This document shows positions 18,395-29,165 of a stretch of 64,000 bases of DNA, piece by piece. The position numbers and the translations under genes are program-made. How positions within the stretch are numbered: position 1 is the first letter of the stretch; each line of letters begins with the position of its first letter. Source of the stretch: Candidatus Woesebacteria bacterium (GTDB lineage: Bacteria > Patescibacteriota > Microgenomatia > UBA8517); NCBI GenBank assembly GCA_016432365.1, contig CP066686.1, forward strand, positions 64,355-128,354, in the 5' to 3' direction. The notes under the pieces were generated by a model that ran no database searches, was not told the origin of the DNA, and worked only from the letters and a program-made list of their open reading frames with translations.

Positions 18395-19024
18395 TTATGG
18401 CCTATCGAACGGGTCAATCGGAACTGATTTGCCTTTTGAATATAATGCATCTCTCGCCGATTTGTATGCATTTTTACCATAATTCTCAAGTCTGATAACT
18501 TCCGGTTTTGCATCCTCAGGAGAAATTGGTAGTATCTCCTCCTCGATAACCTGCCTGTGTTTGATTGCTGAAACAGCAATTTTTTCCAAAAACTTTGAAG
18601 TATCTATTCCCTCTTTTCTCGCCAGGTCCTCTTCGTTGGTGGCAATTTCCATATATCTCTCACTTTTACTTAATGTAGAAAGCGCTATATCCGGTTTTTT
18701 CTTTTCAAATAAAATTTTGGCAGCACCCAAACGTTTATCCGAAAAAAGAAGTGCCAACTCGGCTTTTTTCAAATGGGAGAAGGACAGTGCATACCAAACT
18801 TTATCCCTCATCACTTTAAATACCCAAAATGGGCTATCCGGTAATATTTTACCGGGAAAAGGAAGTTCGTAATTTATTTTCGTAACTTTATTTAACACTG
18901 ATGCCGGAGAGGACAACGGGGTTGCAAAAACATAGGTCACCGCCGTAGACCGCATAACCGAAACCGAAAGAATTGCGAAAGCAAGGACAAAAAGAGGGAT
19001 TCCGTACAAATATTTCTTAAACAT
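18395..19024 (-). CDS. DUF5667-like membrane-anchored protein
   Basis: N-terminal hydrophobic segment, LPFPGKILPDSPFW..K..RD motif. Confidence 0.7.
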   Translation of the reverse strand: MFKKYLYGIPLFVLAFAILSVSVMRSTAVTYVFATPLSSPASVLNKVTKINYELPFPGKILPDSPFWVFKVMRDKVWYALSFSHLKKAELALLFSDKRLGAAKILFEKKKPDIALSTLSKSERYMEIATNEEDLARKEGIDTSKFLEKIAVSAIKHRQVIEEEILPISPEDAKPEVIRLENYGKNAYKSARDALYSKGKSVPIDPFDRP

Positions 19025-19137
19025 CAGGTAATTGTAATGGTAGGACTGAATTTGCGTCGTGTCAAATCAGAGAGTCTGAATATCGGACTTTCCGAACTGC
19101 TGATTGACTGACGTTCCGAGTATTCTGAGTCGTCCGG

Positions 19138-19794
19138 TTATCTGAAGAGTATGATTGGCCACTCCCAAAGAACATGGAGAAATATCGATCCAAAAATATT
19201 TTTGGTCCTGCCGAAAATGAAAGCACTTCCAAGTCCGAATATCGCCGTCAAGCTTAAATATACAATTCCCTGCGGGAGGGTGTACCCCCAAATAAAAAAT
19301 GCTATCGGAACATGGATCCCTGTCCAGAGAAGAGCCTGGATAATATTTGCCGACCATTCATTTTTGAGAACAAAAGAGAGTCTGCTAAAAATATATCCCC
19401 TAAAAGCCGACTCTTCAGAAAAAGCGGTAATAAAAGACAGCCCGAACGACATTATAAGTGGCATACTTCCGATATTTGCACCAAAATTTAATTTCCCGTA
19501 TTTTACAAAGTTGGTTAAAACCCCCTCCATAACAAATACCGCTCCCAATCCTATTGCGAGATAGATTGCGGGGAAAATATTTTTAAAAGTAAATCCAAGT
19601 GATGAAATTCCAAATCCCTCTTTTTTGACAAAGTAAAAAAGCGGAATAAGCCAAACAATCGGCTTGATGACCAACTCTTCAATTTCATCCGGGAGTCTGA
19701 ATAGAAACCTATAAAATGCCCAGACAATAATCAGATAAGTCGCGTAAATTGTTACGTATTTAAGTACTCTTATTTTTGAAACCTTGGCAGTCAT
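19138..19794 (-). CDS. CPBP/CAAX-family intramembrane metalloprotease
   Basis: EE..FRG, W..IH, H...W motifs, multiple TM segments. Confidence 0.85.
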   Translation of the reverse strand: MTAKVSKIRVLKYVTIYATYLIIVWAFYRFLFRLPDEIEELVIKPIVWLIPLFYFVKKEGFGISSLGFTFKNIFPAIYLAIGLGAVFVMEGVLTNFVKYGKLNFGANIGSMPLIMSFGLSFITAFSEESAFRGYIFSRLSFVLKNEWSANIIQALLWTGIHVPIAFFIWGYTLPQGIVYLSLTAIFGLGSAFIFGRTKNIFGSIFLHVLWEWPIILFR

Positions 19795-19844
19795 AAATAA
19801 ATAATATCAGTAAGTACAAATAAATACTAATTCCAAATTACCAA

Positions 19845-20387
19845 TTACTGGGCATTGGTGGTTGTTGGGTTGTTTGTATTTATTTGGCATTCTTTAAAAG
19901 ACTGGTCAATTGCCTGGATTATCATTTCGATTCTTTTACCCGATTCCTCGAGTGAAATCGCGTTTTTTTCGTTTGGAAACCAATGAAAAACCAGATTTCG
20001 CGACTGCTTCCATGTTTCCCAAAGCAATTCAGCCAAATCCGCCCCCCCACAATACTTCACTATCTTATCGTAAACTCCGTTGCGTCTAAATTCTCTGGGT
20101 AAAGAAGGATTCAAGGCCTTCCCGATCCTGAAATGTTTTCCGTAATAATCGATGTCTGTAATAAAACCAAGATCCAAAAAAAGTTTCTTTAAAAAACCTT
20201 CGTAAGCTTTGGCTGCCGGAAACACAACAAATGAATAATCGTCAAATTCCCTCTTTCCTCCAGGGAGGTCTGCCCCCCAGCTTTTTACCGTAGCATAAAT
20301 GAATTCCGACTCTTTAAGAAGTTTTTGAAGATCCTCCTCAAGATAACTCCACCATATTTTTGCCGATAGTTGCTCCAATGTTTCCAT
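19845..20387 (-). CDS. Stand-alone HEPN domain protein, RnlA/RNase LS-like
   Basis: DYSFVVFPAAKAYEGFLK and RNLVFH (RxxxxH). Confidence 0.6.
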   Translation of the reverse strand: METLEQLSAKIWWSYLEEDLQKLLKESEFIYATVKSWGADLPGGKREFDDYSFVVFPAAKAYEGFLKKLFLDLGFITDIDYYGKHFRIGKALNPSLPREFRRNGVYDKIVKYCGGADLAELLWETWKQSRNLVFHWFPNEKNAISLEESGKRIEMIIQAIDQSFKECQINTNNPTTTNAQ

Positions 20388-20446
20388 TTAGTAAAATATT
20401 GTCATTAATTGATATACTTACTGTATATTATATAATCCTTCCGCTG

Positions 20447-22654
20447 ATGAAAAACATACTTAAAAAAATCGGTGAACATCTTTCGATTAGACGGAATGTT
20501 AAACGTATCATATTTTTTGGAATCTTTGGAGGGACATTCTTATACCTTTTCTGGGGGATTCCCTTGCCCACCAGGCTTGCATCTCAAAATCTTCCCGTCT
20601 CGACAAAAATCTTAGACCGTAATGAAAAATTAATTTATGAAATTTACACTGATAAAAAGCGCACTCCTATTAGGCTTTCTGAACTTCCCAAATATATTCC
20701 TGAAGCCACCATATCAATTGAAGACAAAGATTTTTACAAACATCAAGGTTTCTCTCTAACCGGAATCACAAGAGCTTTGTACAGTAATATTTTTAAAAGA
20801 GAACTTCAAGGAGGTTCGACTATCAGCCAACAACTTGTTAAAAACGCTCTTTTGACACAAGAGAGAACAATTAGACGCAAGGCCCAAGAAGTAATCCTCA
20901 CGGTGATCATTGAGGGGATCTATACAAAGGACCAAATACTCGAAATGTACCTCAACGAAATCCCTTACGGAGGAACAGCTTATGGGATTGAAACCGCAAG
21001 TGAAACCTATTTTGGTAAGTTGGCCAAAGATTTGAATCTTGCCGAAGCGGCCCTTTTGGTGGGTCTTCCTCAGAGGCCATCAACATATTCTCCCTTTGGA
21101 GCGCATCCGGAACTTGCAAAGTTACGACAGCAAGAAGTTTTAAAACAAATGGTTGCAAATAAATATATTTCGCAGGAGGAAGCAGACAAAACCGATAAGG
21201 TAGAATTAAAATATGCAAACATTAAACCCCCGGCCGCTCCCCACTTTGCTCTCTGGATAAAAGAACAACTAACCGATAAATACGGTCTGCAAAAAGTGGA
21301 ACAGGGGGGTTTAAGGGTCTATACAACTCTTGACCTCGATATCCAAAATATCGCACAACAAGCGGTTGCATCAGAAGTCGGAAAACTCACAAAACAAAAT
21401 GTCCATAATGGCGCTGCAATCGTAACAAAACCTTCTACCGGAGAAATATTGGCAATGGTGGGATCAAAAGATTACTTTGCAAAAGACGAAGACGGAAAAG
21501 TAAATGTTATTTTATCCCAAAGACAGCCAGGGAGTTCTATTAAACCTCTTAATTATGCACTTGCCATCCGTGATCAAAAAATAACTCCGGCCACCGCCTT
21601 CGCCGACGTGCCAACATGTTTCCAAGTCGCAGGTCAACCTCCATATTGTCCGGTTAATTACGACGGTAAATTCCACGGTTTAATTCAAACACGCTTCGCT
21701 CTGGCCAATTCATATAACATCCCCGCTGTAAAAACTCTTGCCGTCAACGGGGTCGACAATTTTGTCGGTTTCGCAAACCAAATGGGTATTTCAACTTTTA
21801 TAGATCCAAAAAATTATGGACTTTCACTAACACTCGGAGGAGGTGAGGTTAGACCTTACGATATGGCTGAAGCTTTCGGAGTATTTGCAAACCAAGGAAT
21901 AAAAGAGCCTCTTATCGCCATCACCAAAGTGACTGATTGGAAAGGAAATACTCTTGAACAAACCGACGTCAAAAAACTGGAGCTAACAGGAACCAGGGTC
22001 CTGGAACCCGCCGTAACTTTTCTTATTTCCCATATATTACTTGATAACGGTGCCAGAAGCGCAGCTTTTGGAACAAGCTCACAACTTAATGTAAAAGGAC
22101 ACTCCGAAGTTTCGGTTAAAACCGGAACCACTAATGACAGGCGGGATAACTGGACTATTGGTTATACGGCCGACGCCGTTACCGTTACATGGGTAGGAAA
22201 CAACGACAATACACAAATGAGCGGAGCCGTATCGGGAATAAGCGGGGCCTCACCAATTTGGAACAAAGTAATGAAAGCGGTACTTGATAAAGCCGAAGCC
22301 GGTGCATACGACCCTAACAAAAAAGGCCACGCATGGCCCAAACAACCCGAAGGAGTAACGGGTGCCACTGTATGTACAAATACCGGAGGGTCTCCCCCTT
22401 CTTCTGATCCCGCAAACCCAGGATGCCAAACAAGATTTGAATATTTTCTAAATGGAACCGTTCCAGCCACCTCTCTCATCACGAGCCAGGACGTTTCTAT
22501 TTTTAATGACACAGGCCAACAAGCCCCGGCTAGCGCCGACCCTACCCAGATTCATTTTGAAAACCGCCAAGTATACACCGATCCGACCGGCACCATTTAT
22601 TGTCTGGATTGTCCTGTTGCGAGTGCCTCCGCCACGATCAGATACCCACTCTAG
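20447..22654 (+). CDS. Class A penicillin-binding protein (PBP1A family)
   Basis: EDKDFYKH, GGSTISQQLVKN, QPGSSIKP, SYN, KTGT; start MKNIL at 20447. Confidence 0.95.
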   Translation: MKNILKKIGEHLSIRRNVKRIIFFGIFGGTFLYLFWGIPLPTRLASQNLPVSTKILDRNEKLIYEIYTDKKRTPIRLSELPKYIPEATISIEDKDFYKHQGFSLTGITRALYSNIFKRELQGGSTISQQLVKNALLTQERTIRRKAQEVILTVIIEGIYTKDQILEMYLNEIPYGGTAYGIETASETYFGKLAKDLNLAEAALLVGLPQRPSTYSPFGAHPELAKLRQQEVLKQMVANKYISQEEADKTDKVELKYANIKPPAAPHFALWIKEQLTDKYGLQKVEQGGLRVYTTLDLDIQNIAQQAVASEVGKLTKQNVHNGAAIVTKPSTGEILAMVGSKDYFAKDEDGKVNVILSQRQPGSSIKPLNYALAIRDQKITPATAFADVPTCFQVAGQPPYCPVNYDGKFHGLIQTRFALANSYNIPAVKTLAVNGVDNFVGFANQMGISTFIDPKNYGLSLTLGGGEVRPYDMAEAFGVFANQGIKEPLIAITKVTDWKGNTLEQTDVKKLELTGTRVLEPAVTFLISHILLDNGARSAAFGTSSQLNVKGHSEVSVKTGTTNDRRDNWTIGYTADAVTVTWVGNNDNTQMSGAVSGISGASPIWNKVMKAVLDKAEAGAYDPNKKGHAWPKQPEGVTGATVCTNTGGSPPSSDPANPGCQTRFEYFLNGTVPATSLITSQDVSIFNDTGQQAPASADPTQIHFENRQVYTDPTGTIYCLDCPVASASATIRYPL

Positions 22655-22679
22655 ATAATGTCTGGTACAATACGCCGTA

Positions 22680-25124
22680 ATGGCGAAACGGCCTAATGTT
22701 AAACCCAATGAGAAATCTGCCCAAAATATCAGCTTGACTCCCGTTCAGACACTTGGGGGTCTTTTAGCTCTGGTCGGGAAACCGTTCTATTTGATCCTTT
22801 CACACCTGGTACTTGGGATAATATTTATCTTGCTTGCCATTGGAAAAACCACAAGACTCCTAGTTGCTGCCGTAACCCGACATTTTAAGTGGCTATTCAC
22901 CACAATAATACAAAGAAAAAAGGAAAATAAAAAACAAAAAGCAGCAAAAAAACTAAGAACAAACAAGCGTGTCAATCAACTGAAATTTCAACTCCCGAAT
23001 TTCAAACTCTTTTTCAAACTTGAGAAACTCCGGGTGAACCTCTTTGAATTAAAAATACTTTTTAATTTTAAAAGAAATATCGCCAAGATTGGGGACTCCA
23101 TCAGAAAGTTCAGGTCAAAGTTCAAATCCAAGCTTTTTATCGTTATCAGCGTTCTAATATTTTTACTTTTTAATTTTTACTTTTTAATTTTCAAAGACCT
23201 CCCCTCCCCAAAAGATCTCGATACCAGAGAGCCTGAAGTCTCAACTAAAATTTATGACAGAAACGGCAATTTGCTTTACAAAATTTATAAAGATAAAAAC
23301 CGGACAATTGTCCCTCTAACCCAAATTCCCCAACAAGTACGTCTTGCCACCCTCGCTGCAGAAGACGCCGAATTTTATTCTCACCCTGGTTTTTCCATTA
23401 AGGGGATTTTCAGGGCGGTGATTACAGACATCCGCAGCGGATCATTGCAGGGCGGTTCAACCATCACACAACAACTTGTAAAAAATACACTTCTTTCCCC
23501 TGAAAAAACAATACTTAGAAAAATAAAGGAAATTATATTATCAGTCGAGGTGGAGTATTTGTACACAAAAGATCAGATTTTAGAAATGTATCTTAATGAA
23601 GTTAGCTACGGCGGCACCGCTTACGGAATTCAAGAGGCCAGTCTTTCTTATTTTGGAAAAGACGCCAGAGATCTAACTCTTGCCGAAGCGGCTCTACTCG
23701 CCGGACTGCCAAAAAGTCCGACACTATATTCACCATTCGGACAAAATCCCGACCTTGCCTTTGAAAGACAAAAAGAAGTCCTCCACCTGATGGTAGTAAA
23801 TAAATTCATCACAAAAAGCCAGGAAACTGAAGCTGTGAATCAAAAGCTAAGATTCCTACCTAAAAAAACTGAGATTAAAGCCCCACATTTTGTTATGTAT
23901 GTTAGACAAATGTTGGTGGATAAATATGGCGAAGATATGGTAGAAAAAGGCGGACTTGAGGTAACAACTTCGCTGGACCTTAACATTCAGAACTTAGCAG
24001 AGAAAATCGTATCACAAGAAGTTGATAGAATTAAAAATCTTCATGTAGGCAACGGTGCCGCTTTAGTCGTAAACCCCCAAACAGGAGAGATTCTAAGCAT
24101 GGTAGGCTCCAAAAATTATTTTGATACTGCCGGTGACGGTAATGTAAATGTCCTGACAAGACTCAGACAACCCGGAAGTTCAATAAAGGTTGTTAATTAC
24201 GCTTATGCCCTAGGTAACGGTTTTACTCCGGCGACAATCATAAACGATTCGCCGATCATATATTCTACCCCCGGTTCACCACCCTACTCTCCACAAAATT
24301 ATGATGGGAAATTTATAGGGAATGTATCTCTCAGAAACGCATTGGCACAATCGAGAAATATTCCGGCAGTCAAAGTTCTGGTTAGTTATGGAGTACCAAA
24401 AATGATCGAGCAAGGTCGTAAGATGGGTATAACTTCATGGGATGATCCTTCAAAATATGGTCTTTCATTAACCTTGGGAGGAGGCGCTGTTAAAGCAATC
24501 GAACTGGTAAGAGTCTACGGTGTTTTGGCTAATTACGGCAAACGAATGGACTTAATACCAATTTTAAGCGTCAAAGATTATAAGGGTAGAATTTTAGAAA
24601 AGAATACCCCAAACGGAGAGCAAGTTCTTGATCCAAGAATTGCATTTTCTCTGACAGATATTTTAAAGGACAATCCGGCAAGAGCTCCTGAATTTGGATT
24701 AAATTCATATCTGGTTATTAAAAACCATCCCGAAGTAGCGGTAAAAACAGGAACAAGCAATGATTTAAGGGATAACTGGGCGGTGGGTTACAATCAAAAT
24801 TTTTTGGTATTAACTTGGGTCGGAAATAATGACAATTCACCAATGAGCCATGTTGCATCAGGTGTTACCGGTGCGTCACCTATTTGGAATAAAATAATAT
24901 CGGCATTACTCACCGATCAATTGTCGATTGATTGGAAAGCACCGGAGGGTGTAAGTAAAATTAATATTTGCACACTCACAGGCAATCTTCCCTGTAATGG
25001 TTGCCCGACGCGACAAGAGTGGTTCTTGGACGAAAAAAAACCAACCCATCGTATTTGTGCCACACCAATACCAGTTATTCAAGAAGGAAATATACTAAAT
25101 TCAGGGTCTTCAACAAGAAATTAA
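22680..25124 (+). CDS. Class A penicillin-binding protein, second tandem paralogue
   Basis: EDAEFYSH, GGSTITQQLVKN, QPGSSIK, SRN, KTGT; long basic N-terminal region. Confidence 0.95.
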   Translation: MAKRPNVKPNEKSAQNISLTPVQTLGGLLALVGKPFYLILSHLVLGIIFILLAIGKTTRLLVAAVTRHFKWLFTTIIQRKKENKKQKAAKKLRTNKRVNQLKFQLPNFKLFFKLEKLRVNLFELKILFNFKRNIAKIGDSIRKFRSKFKSKLFIVISVLIFLLFNFYFLIFKDLPSPKDLDTREPEVSTKIYDRNGNLLYKIYKDKNRTIVPLTQIPQQVRLATLAAEDAEFYSHPGFSIKGIFRAVITDIRSGSLQGGSTITQQLVKNTLLSPEKTILRKIKEIILSVEVEYLYTKDQILEMYLNEVSYGGTAYGIQEASLSYFGKDARDLTLAEAALLAGLPKSPTLYSPFGQNPDLAFERQKEVLHLMVVNKFITKSQETEAVNQKLRFLPKKTEIKAPHFVMYVRQMLVDKYGEDMVEKGGLEVTTSLDLNIQNLAEKIVSQEVDRIKNLHVGNGAALVVNPQTGEILSMVGSKNYFDTAGDGNVNVLTRLRQPGSSIKVVNYAYALGNGFTPATIINDSPIIYSTPGSPPYSPQNYDGKFIGNVSLRNALAQSRNIPAVKVLVSYGVPKMIEQGRKMGITSWDDPSKYGLSLTLGGGAVKAIELVRVYGVLANYGKRMDLIPILSVKDYKGRILEKNTPNGEQVLDPRIAFSLTDILKDNPARAPEFGLNSYLVIKNHPEVAVKTGTSNDLRDNWAVGYNQNFLVLTWVGNNDNSPMSHVASGVTGASPIWNKIISALLTDQLSIDWKAPEGVSKINICTLTGNLPCNGCPTRQEWFLDEKKPTHRICATPIPVIQEGNILNSGSSTRN

Positions 25125-25135
25125 TGATCGTCTTT

Positions 25136-25486
25136 TTAATTCCCGCTTTTTTTGATCGTTATTGTCTCCTCTTTAAAAAAGTTGAGAGAGTCAAAATTCA
25201 TCTTTGGTAAACTGAAGTTGGGTTTGGGCAAATTTAGTTGTCCTTTACCCTCAGAGGTAAAGGTAAGTATTCCTGAAATAATTACTGTTGCCAAAATCAC
25301 AATTAAAAGTGTCAGTCTCTCGCGCTTTCCCCAAGGCTTGGGGGGCTCTTTTCTTTTTTTTCTATTCTCAGGTTTTAAATCTCTCAACCTGCGTCTGGAA
25401 AATTCACCTTTGCCCTCCGAAGCGTAGGCGTTGGATGGGTCGTCATCAAACTCTTCTTCGTCTTTCTTTCTTCCAAAAAGTGCCAT
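25136..25486 (-). CDS. Small single-TM hypothetical protein
   Basis: Start MALFG; charged N-terminus, PPKPWG then a TM helix. Confidence 0.7.
   Translation of the reverse strand: MALFGRKKDEEEFDDDPSNAYASEGKGEFSRRRLRDLKPENRKKRKEPPKPWGKRERLTLLIVILATVIISGILTFTSEGKGQLNLPKPNFSLPKMNFDSLNFFKEETITIKKSGN
25410..25439 (-). repeat. In-frame palindromic element, copy 3
   Basis: CCCATCCAACGCCTACGCTTCGGAGGGCAA encoding PSNAYASEGK. Confidence 0.7.
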
Positions 25487-25523
25487 GCTTAATTCTACAA
25501 TAAAAATCACTTATACTTAACCT

Positions 25524-26138
25524 GTGGAATCAACAGAAATAAGTTTGGATAGTGTTGCGCGCGAATCAAGTACCGACAAAGAGTTGGGCCCTGATGTAGA
25601 CGAAAGGCTAAATAGATATTTCAAAACTCCATCTGAAAGAGAAATGCAAATATTGCAAATAAATATCGGTTCTGATTGCGTCGACTGGCTAACGTCCAGT
25701 AACCATAAATTATATGTTCCTGACAGACCTCCTTTTGTTAAAAAAATAACTGACCAACCCAGCCGCACTTTTTTTGTGGTAGACCACAATTGGATGTTAG
25801 AAATTGGAATATCGCTACCAGAATCAAATGGTGAAGAAAGTAGGAGGGTGACTTTATTTTTCAAATCTTTAGACGACACATTAAATGAGTGGCAGGAAAG
25901 AATTGACCACCCTGTCACTCAAATATTCCGTAATAAACGGAAAGACTCCGACTACAAGAAGAGTAGCGATGTGTTACAGGAAGGGTCTTTATCATTTTTA
26001 AAATTTTGTAGAGAAGTTGTTAAAAAAATAGATACCGAAAGTAGGATATATATTAATCCCAGTGACAAACAAAGAGCTAGACTATATAAAAAGGCATTGG
26101 GTGGTCAAAGCAACGTGACTTTTTTATCAGATATCTAA
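25524..26138 (+). CDS. Hypothetical protein
   Basis: 204-aa ORF filling the intergenic space; GTG start after TATACT. Confidence 0.6.
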   Translation: MESTEISLDSVARESSTDKELGPDVDERLNRYFKTPSEREMQILQINIGSDCVDWLTSSNHKLYVPDRPPFVKKITDQPSRTFFVVDHNWMLEIGISLPESNGEESRRVTLFFKSLDDTLNEWQERIDHPVTQIFRNKRKDSDYKKSSDVLQEGSLSFLKFCREVVKKIDTESRIYINPSDKQRARLYKKALGGQSNVTFLSDI

Positions 26139-26145
26139 ATATCGG

Positions 26146-27132
26146 TTACTTTCTCCTTTTCTCCCACACTTCTGGGTTAACCAAATTTTCAGGCTTTTGT
26201 CCGGAGACGACCGTTAAAATTTGTCCCACTGCTTGTTCCCCCATTTTATTTCTGGCTTCCCAAGTGGCTGAAGCAATATGCGGAGTTGTTATAACATTCG
26301 GTGCATCATAAAGCTCCGGAGAAATATTTGGTTCGTTATCAAAAACATCCAAACCCGCCCCGCCAAGTTGCCCGTCTCTTAATGCGTCTACCAAATCCCG
26401 TTCATCAACAACCGATCCTCTGGCTGTATTGACTAAAAAGGCTCCTTTTTTCATTTTGGCAAAAGCCCCCTTATTTATCATGTGTCTGGTTTCGTCAGTT
26501 AAGGGCACATGCAAAGAAACGAAATCGCTCTGTGCATATAGTTCATCGAGGGAAACAAATTTAACACCAAGTTCTGCCTCCGACGCACGGTCCGGCTCGC
26601 GCTTATTATAAAGAAGTGTCATTTTATAACCTTGAGCTCGTCTGGCAACCATAGACCCGATCCTTCCGAGTCCGATGATCCCCAACGTCTTCCCCATCAC
26701 ATTGTGTCCCAAAAAAACATCCGGTTCCCAACCGCGATAGGCGCCGCGTCTGGTTGCTTCATCTGCCTCAACAATCCTCCTGGCCAAAGCCAGCATTAAA
26801 GCCCATGTATGTTCCGCAACCGACTCATTCACTTCATCGCTGGGAGTATTTGTTATAAGAATTCCACGATCACTAGCGGCTTTGATATCAATATTGTCAA
26901 ATCCAACTGCATAATTACTTACCATTTTAAGTTGTGGGCCAATAGCATCCATTACGTCTCCGTCAATCCGGTCAGTCAAAAGCGATAAAAGGAAATCTAC
27001 TCCGCGAGCCATATTAATAAGCTCTTCTTGGGTGAGCGGTCTATTGAATTCGGAGACTGTTACTTCATTTCCGTCAGTTTTTAAGCGTTCTATAAAGTCT
27101 CCGGGGATTTTTCTTGTTACAAAAACTTTCAT
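26146..27132 (-). CDS. D-2-hydroxyacid dehydrogenase (glyoxylate reductase/D-glycerate dehydrogenase)
   Basis: AVGFDNID, GLGRIG, NTARG, LDVF..EP, TPHIAS. Confidence 0.93.
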   Translation of the reverse strand: MKVFVTRKIPGDFIERLKTDGNEVTVSEFNRPLTQEELINMARGVDFLLSLLTDRIDGDVMDAIGPQLKMVSNYAVGFDNIDIKAASDRGILITNTPSDEVNESVAEHTWALMLALARRIVEADEATRRGAYRGWEPDVFLGHNVMGKTLGIIGLGRIGSMVARRAQGYKMTLLYNKREPDRASEAELGVKFVSLDELYAQSDFVSLHVPLTDETRHMINKGAFAKMKKGAFLVNTARGSVVDERDLVDALRDGQLGGAGLDVFDNEPNISPELYDAPNVITTPHIASATWEARNKMGEQAVGQILTVVSGQKPENLVNPEVWEKRRK

Positions 27133-27145
27133 TGTGTTATTTTGG

Positions 27146-28144
27146 TTAAAAATTAATTACATTTACACCGCTACTTTTACACCTGATAAGCCATCCGTCC
27201 ATTTCCTCAAATTTCAAAAGGCCTTTTTGCGGGCCGGTATAGCCAATGACGGATGCTGAATTTGCAGTTCCCCAAAGAAGCGCCTCCTCTAGTGTTCTGC
27301 CATGAATTATCGCAGAAAGGGAACCACTTCCGAATGCATCCCCCGCCCCGGTCCGTTCGTATGCATCAACCGGAAGAATCCCAACCCGCACAAATTTACC
27401 ATTGATGCTGTCGTAGGCAAATGCTCCATCCCCACCATCTGTAATAATGCAAATCTTTGGACCAAGTTTATTTAGTGCGATAAGTAAATCGCGATCGCGT
27501 CCGTTTGATTCTCCAAAATTTGTAAGCTTTTCTGCTTCTTGCCTATTTACATACATTATATGAGTTGATTCAACTATTCCTTTAATCGAATCGTAGCCGG
27601 CTCGAAGCTGCCAGCTTCCGGGGTTAAAGGCCAACTTTATAGTTGGGTTTTTCTTGATCCATTCGGTCAGATGATTATAAAAAGGTCTAAAACTTTCCCC
27701 CATGCTGGTTAAGTAAACCCAGGGTACTACCGGAAGTTGCACCGGAAACTCATAGCTTCTGGGGGCGTGATAAACAAAGATTGTGCGCTCTCCCATATAA
27801 TTGATTATCGTGGAATAATTAGATGTTGTTCCAGGCTGCTGAATTACATAGGTCATATCAACCCCTTCACTTTTTAGTTTTTCGACAATTAAGTTTCCAA
27901 TACTATCGTCACCTAATGTCAAAAGGATAGAAGAATTTACCCCAAGCCTTTTTGCACCAACCGCATTATTTCCGGCATTACCGCCAACGGCGAATTCTAA
28001 ATTTCTAACCGGTATTTTTTCTCCATATGCGAATGCTATTAAGCACTGCTTCTTATCAACTGTGCAAAGGGTCTCCGTTTCAAGCGGGGTCATAAACGTA
28101 TCGATAGAGGAATCTCCGATTGAGAGTAAATCTGTTGGATTCAT
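27146..28144 (-). CDS. PfkB-family carbohydrate kinase
   Basis: GGNAGN, N..EA, ERTGAGDAF. Confidence 0.92.
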   Translation of the reverse strand: MNPTDLLSIGDSSIDTFMTPLETETLCTVDKKQCLIAFAYGEKIPVRNLEFAVGGNAGNNAVGAKRLGVNSSILLTLGDDSIGNLIVEKLKSEGVDMTYVIQQPGTTSNYSTIINYMGERTIFVYHAPRSYEFPVQLPVVPWVYLTSMGESFRPFYNHLTEWIKKNPTIKLAFNPGSWQLRAGYDSIKGIVESTHIMYVNRQEAEKLTNFGESNGRDRDLLIALNKLGPKICIITDGGDGAFAYDSINGKFVRVGILPVDAYERTGAGDAFGSGSLSAIIHGRTLEEALLWGTANSASVIGYTGPQKGLLKFEEMDGWLIRCKSSGVNVINF

Positions 28145-29107
28145 TTAGAGTTCTCCTTTCGCCGCTTTTGAAACCGTTTCAAGCCTTTTGATAAAAACTT
28201 GCTGGGCCTTTGCGGTATTTTCATCTTTTCCGGTCCATGTTTCCATCGCTTCATTTTGTAAGGCCCTGGAAAACGAAAATGTTAAAACCCAGGGGGAATC
28301 TCCTTTAAGCTTCACTATCTCGTTTAGATTGCTCGTTGCCTCATCCGGAGTTTGTCCGCCAGAAAGAAAAACGACTCCGGGAACTTCGGGTGGAACAGAC
28401 CTCTTAAGCGCCCTAAGTGTTGCGTTCGCCACTTCCAAAGGAAGCGCCTTTACCCCACTATCCGGACCAGGCAATGCCATACTGGTTTTGACTATCAGAT
28501 TTTTAAGATCTACTCCTTCGGAATTTAACTTTTCAAAAAGAATTTTCAATGTTGAGTCTAATGTCTCGCTACACCTTGTGGTGGTATGATTTCCCTCGAG
28601 TAGAACTTCGGGTTCAACAATTGGAACGATACCGTTTTCCTGGGCAATTTTTGCATATTTAGCCATTCTTCCCAGGTTTTCATCATAAAAATCTTTTGAA
28701 GGATACATGTCTGTGATCTTGAAAACCCCTCTCCATTTGGCAAATCTCATTCCCATCTCGGCATATTCTTTAAGCCGAATGTCTAATGTCTCCAAGCCTT
28801 TTGTGATCTGTTCTGGGGTATTGTTAAACGATTCCAAACCTTCATCGACTTTAATTCCCGGGACAACCCCCTTTGATTCTAAAATTTTGTGAAGATCCTG
28901 ACGGACGGACTCGTCAAATAAGATAACGCCACTTATATAGTTTTCTATGCCCTGTGTCGTAAAAAGCATCTCCCGGTATTTTTTATTAAGCTCCGGGGTT
29001 GAAGTAAGGCCCAAAGTTTCGAATCTATTTGAAATTGTTTTTGTCGATTCATCTGCGGCCAAAAGGCCTTTTCCCTCGACAAGAAGTTTTTGGACAGTTT
29101 CCTGCAT
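28145..29107 (-). CDS. Fructose-bisphosphate aldolase class I
   Basis: KGLLAADES, GIKVD.G, AKWR, VPIVEPEV, FLSGGQ, TFSFSRALQ. Confidence 0.96.
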   Translation of the reverse strand: MQETVQKLLVEGKGLLAADESTKTISNRFETLGLTSTPELNKKYREMLFTTQGIENYISGVILFDESVRQDLHKILESKGVVPGIKVDEGLESFNNTPEQITKGLETLDIRLKEYAEMGMRFAKWRGVFKITDMYPSKDFYDENLGRMAKYAKIAQENGIVPIVEPEVLLEGNHTTTRCSETLDSTLKILFEKLNSEGVDLKNLIVKTSMALPGPDSGVKALPLEVANATLRALKRSVPPEVPGVVFLSGGQTPDEATSNLNEIVKLKGDSPWVLTFSFSRALQNEAMETWTGKDENTAKAQQVFIKRLETVSKAAKGEL

Positions 29108-29165
29108 ATATTCAGTCTATCAGCTAACCGTTGGGGACTTCAACAGCATGTTGTATACTTTGAAT

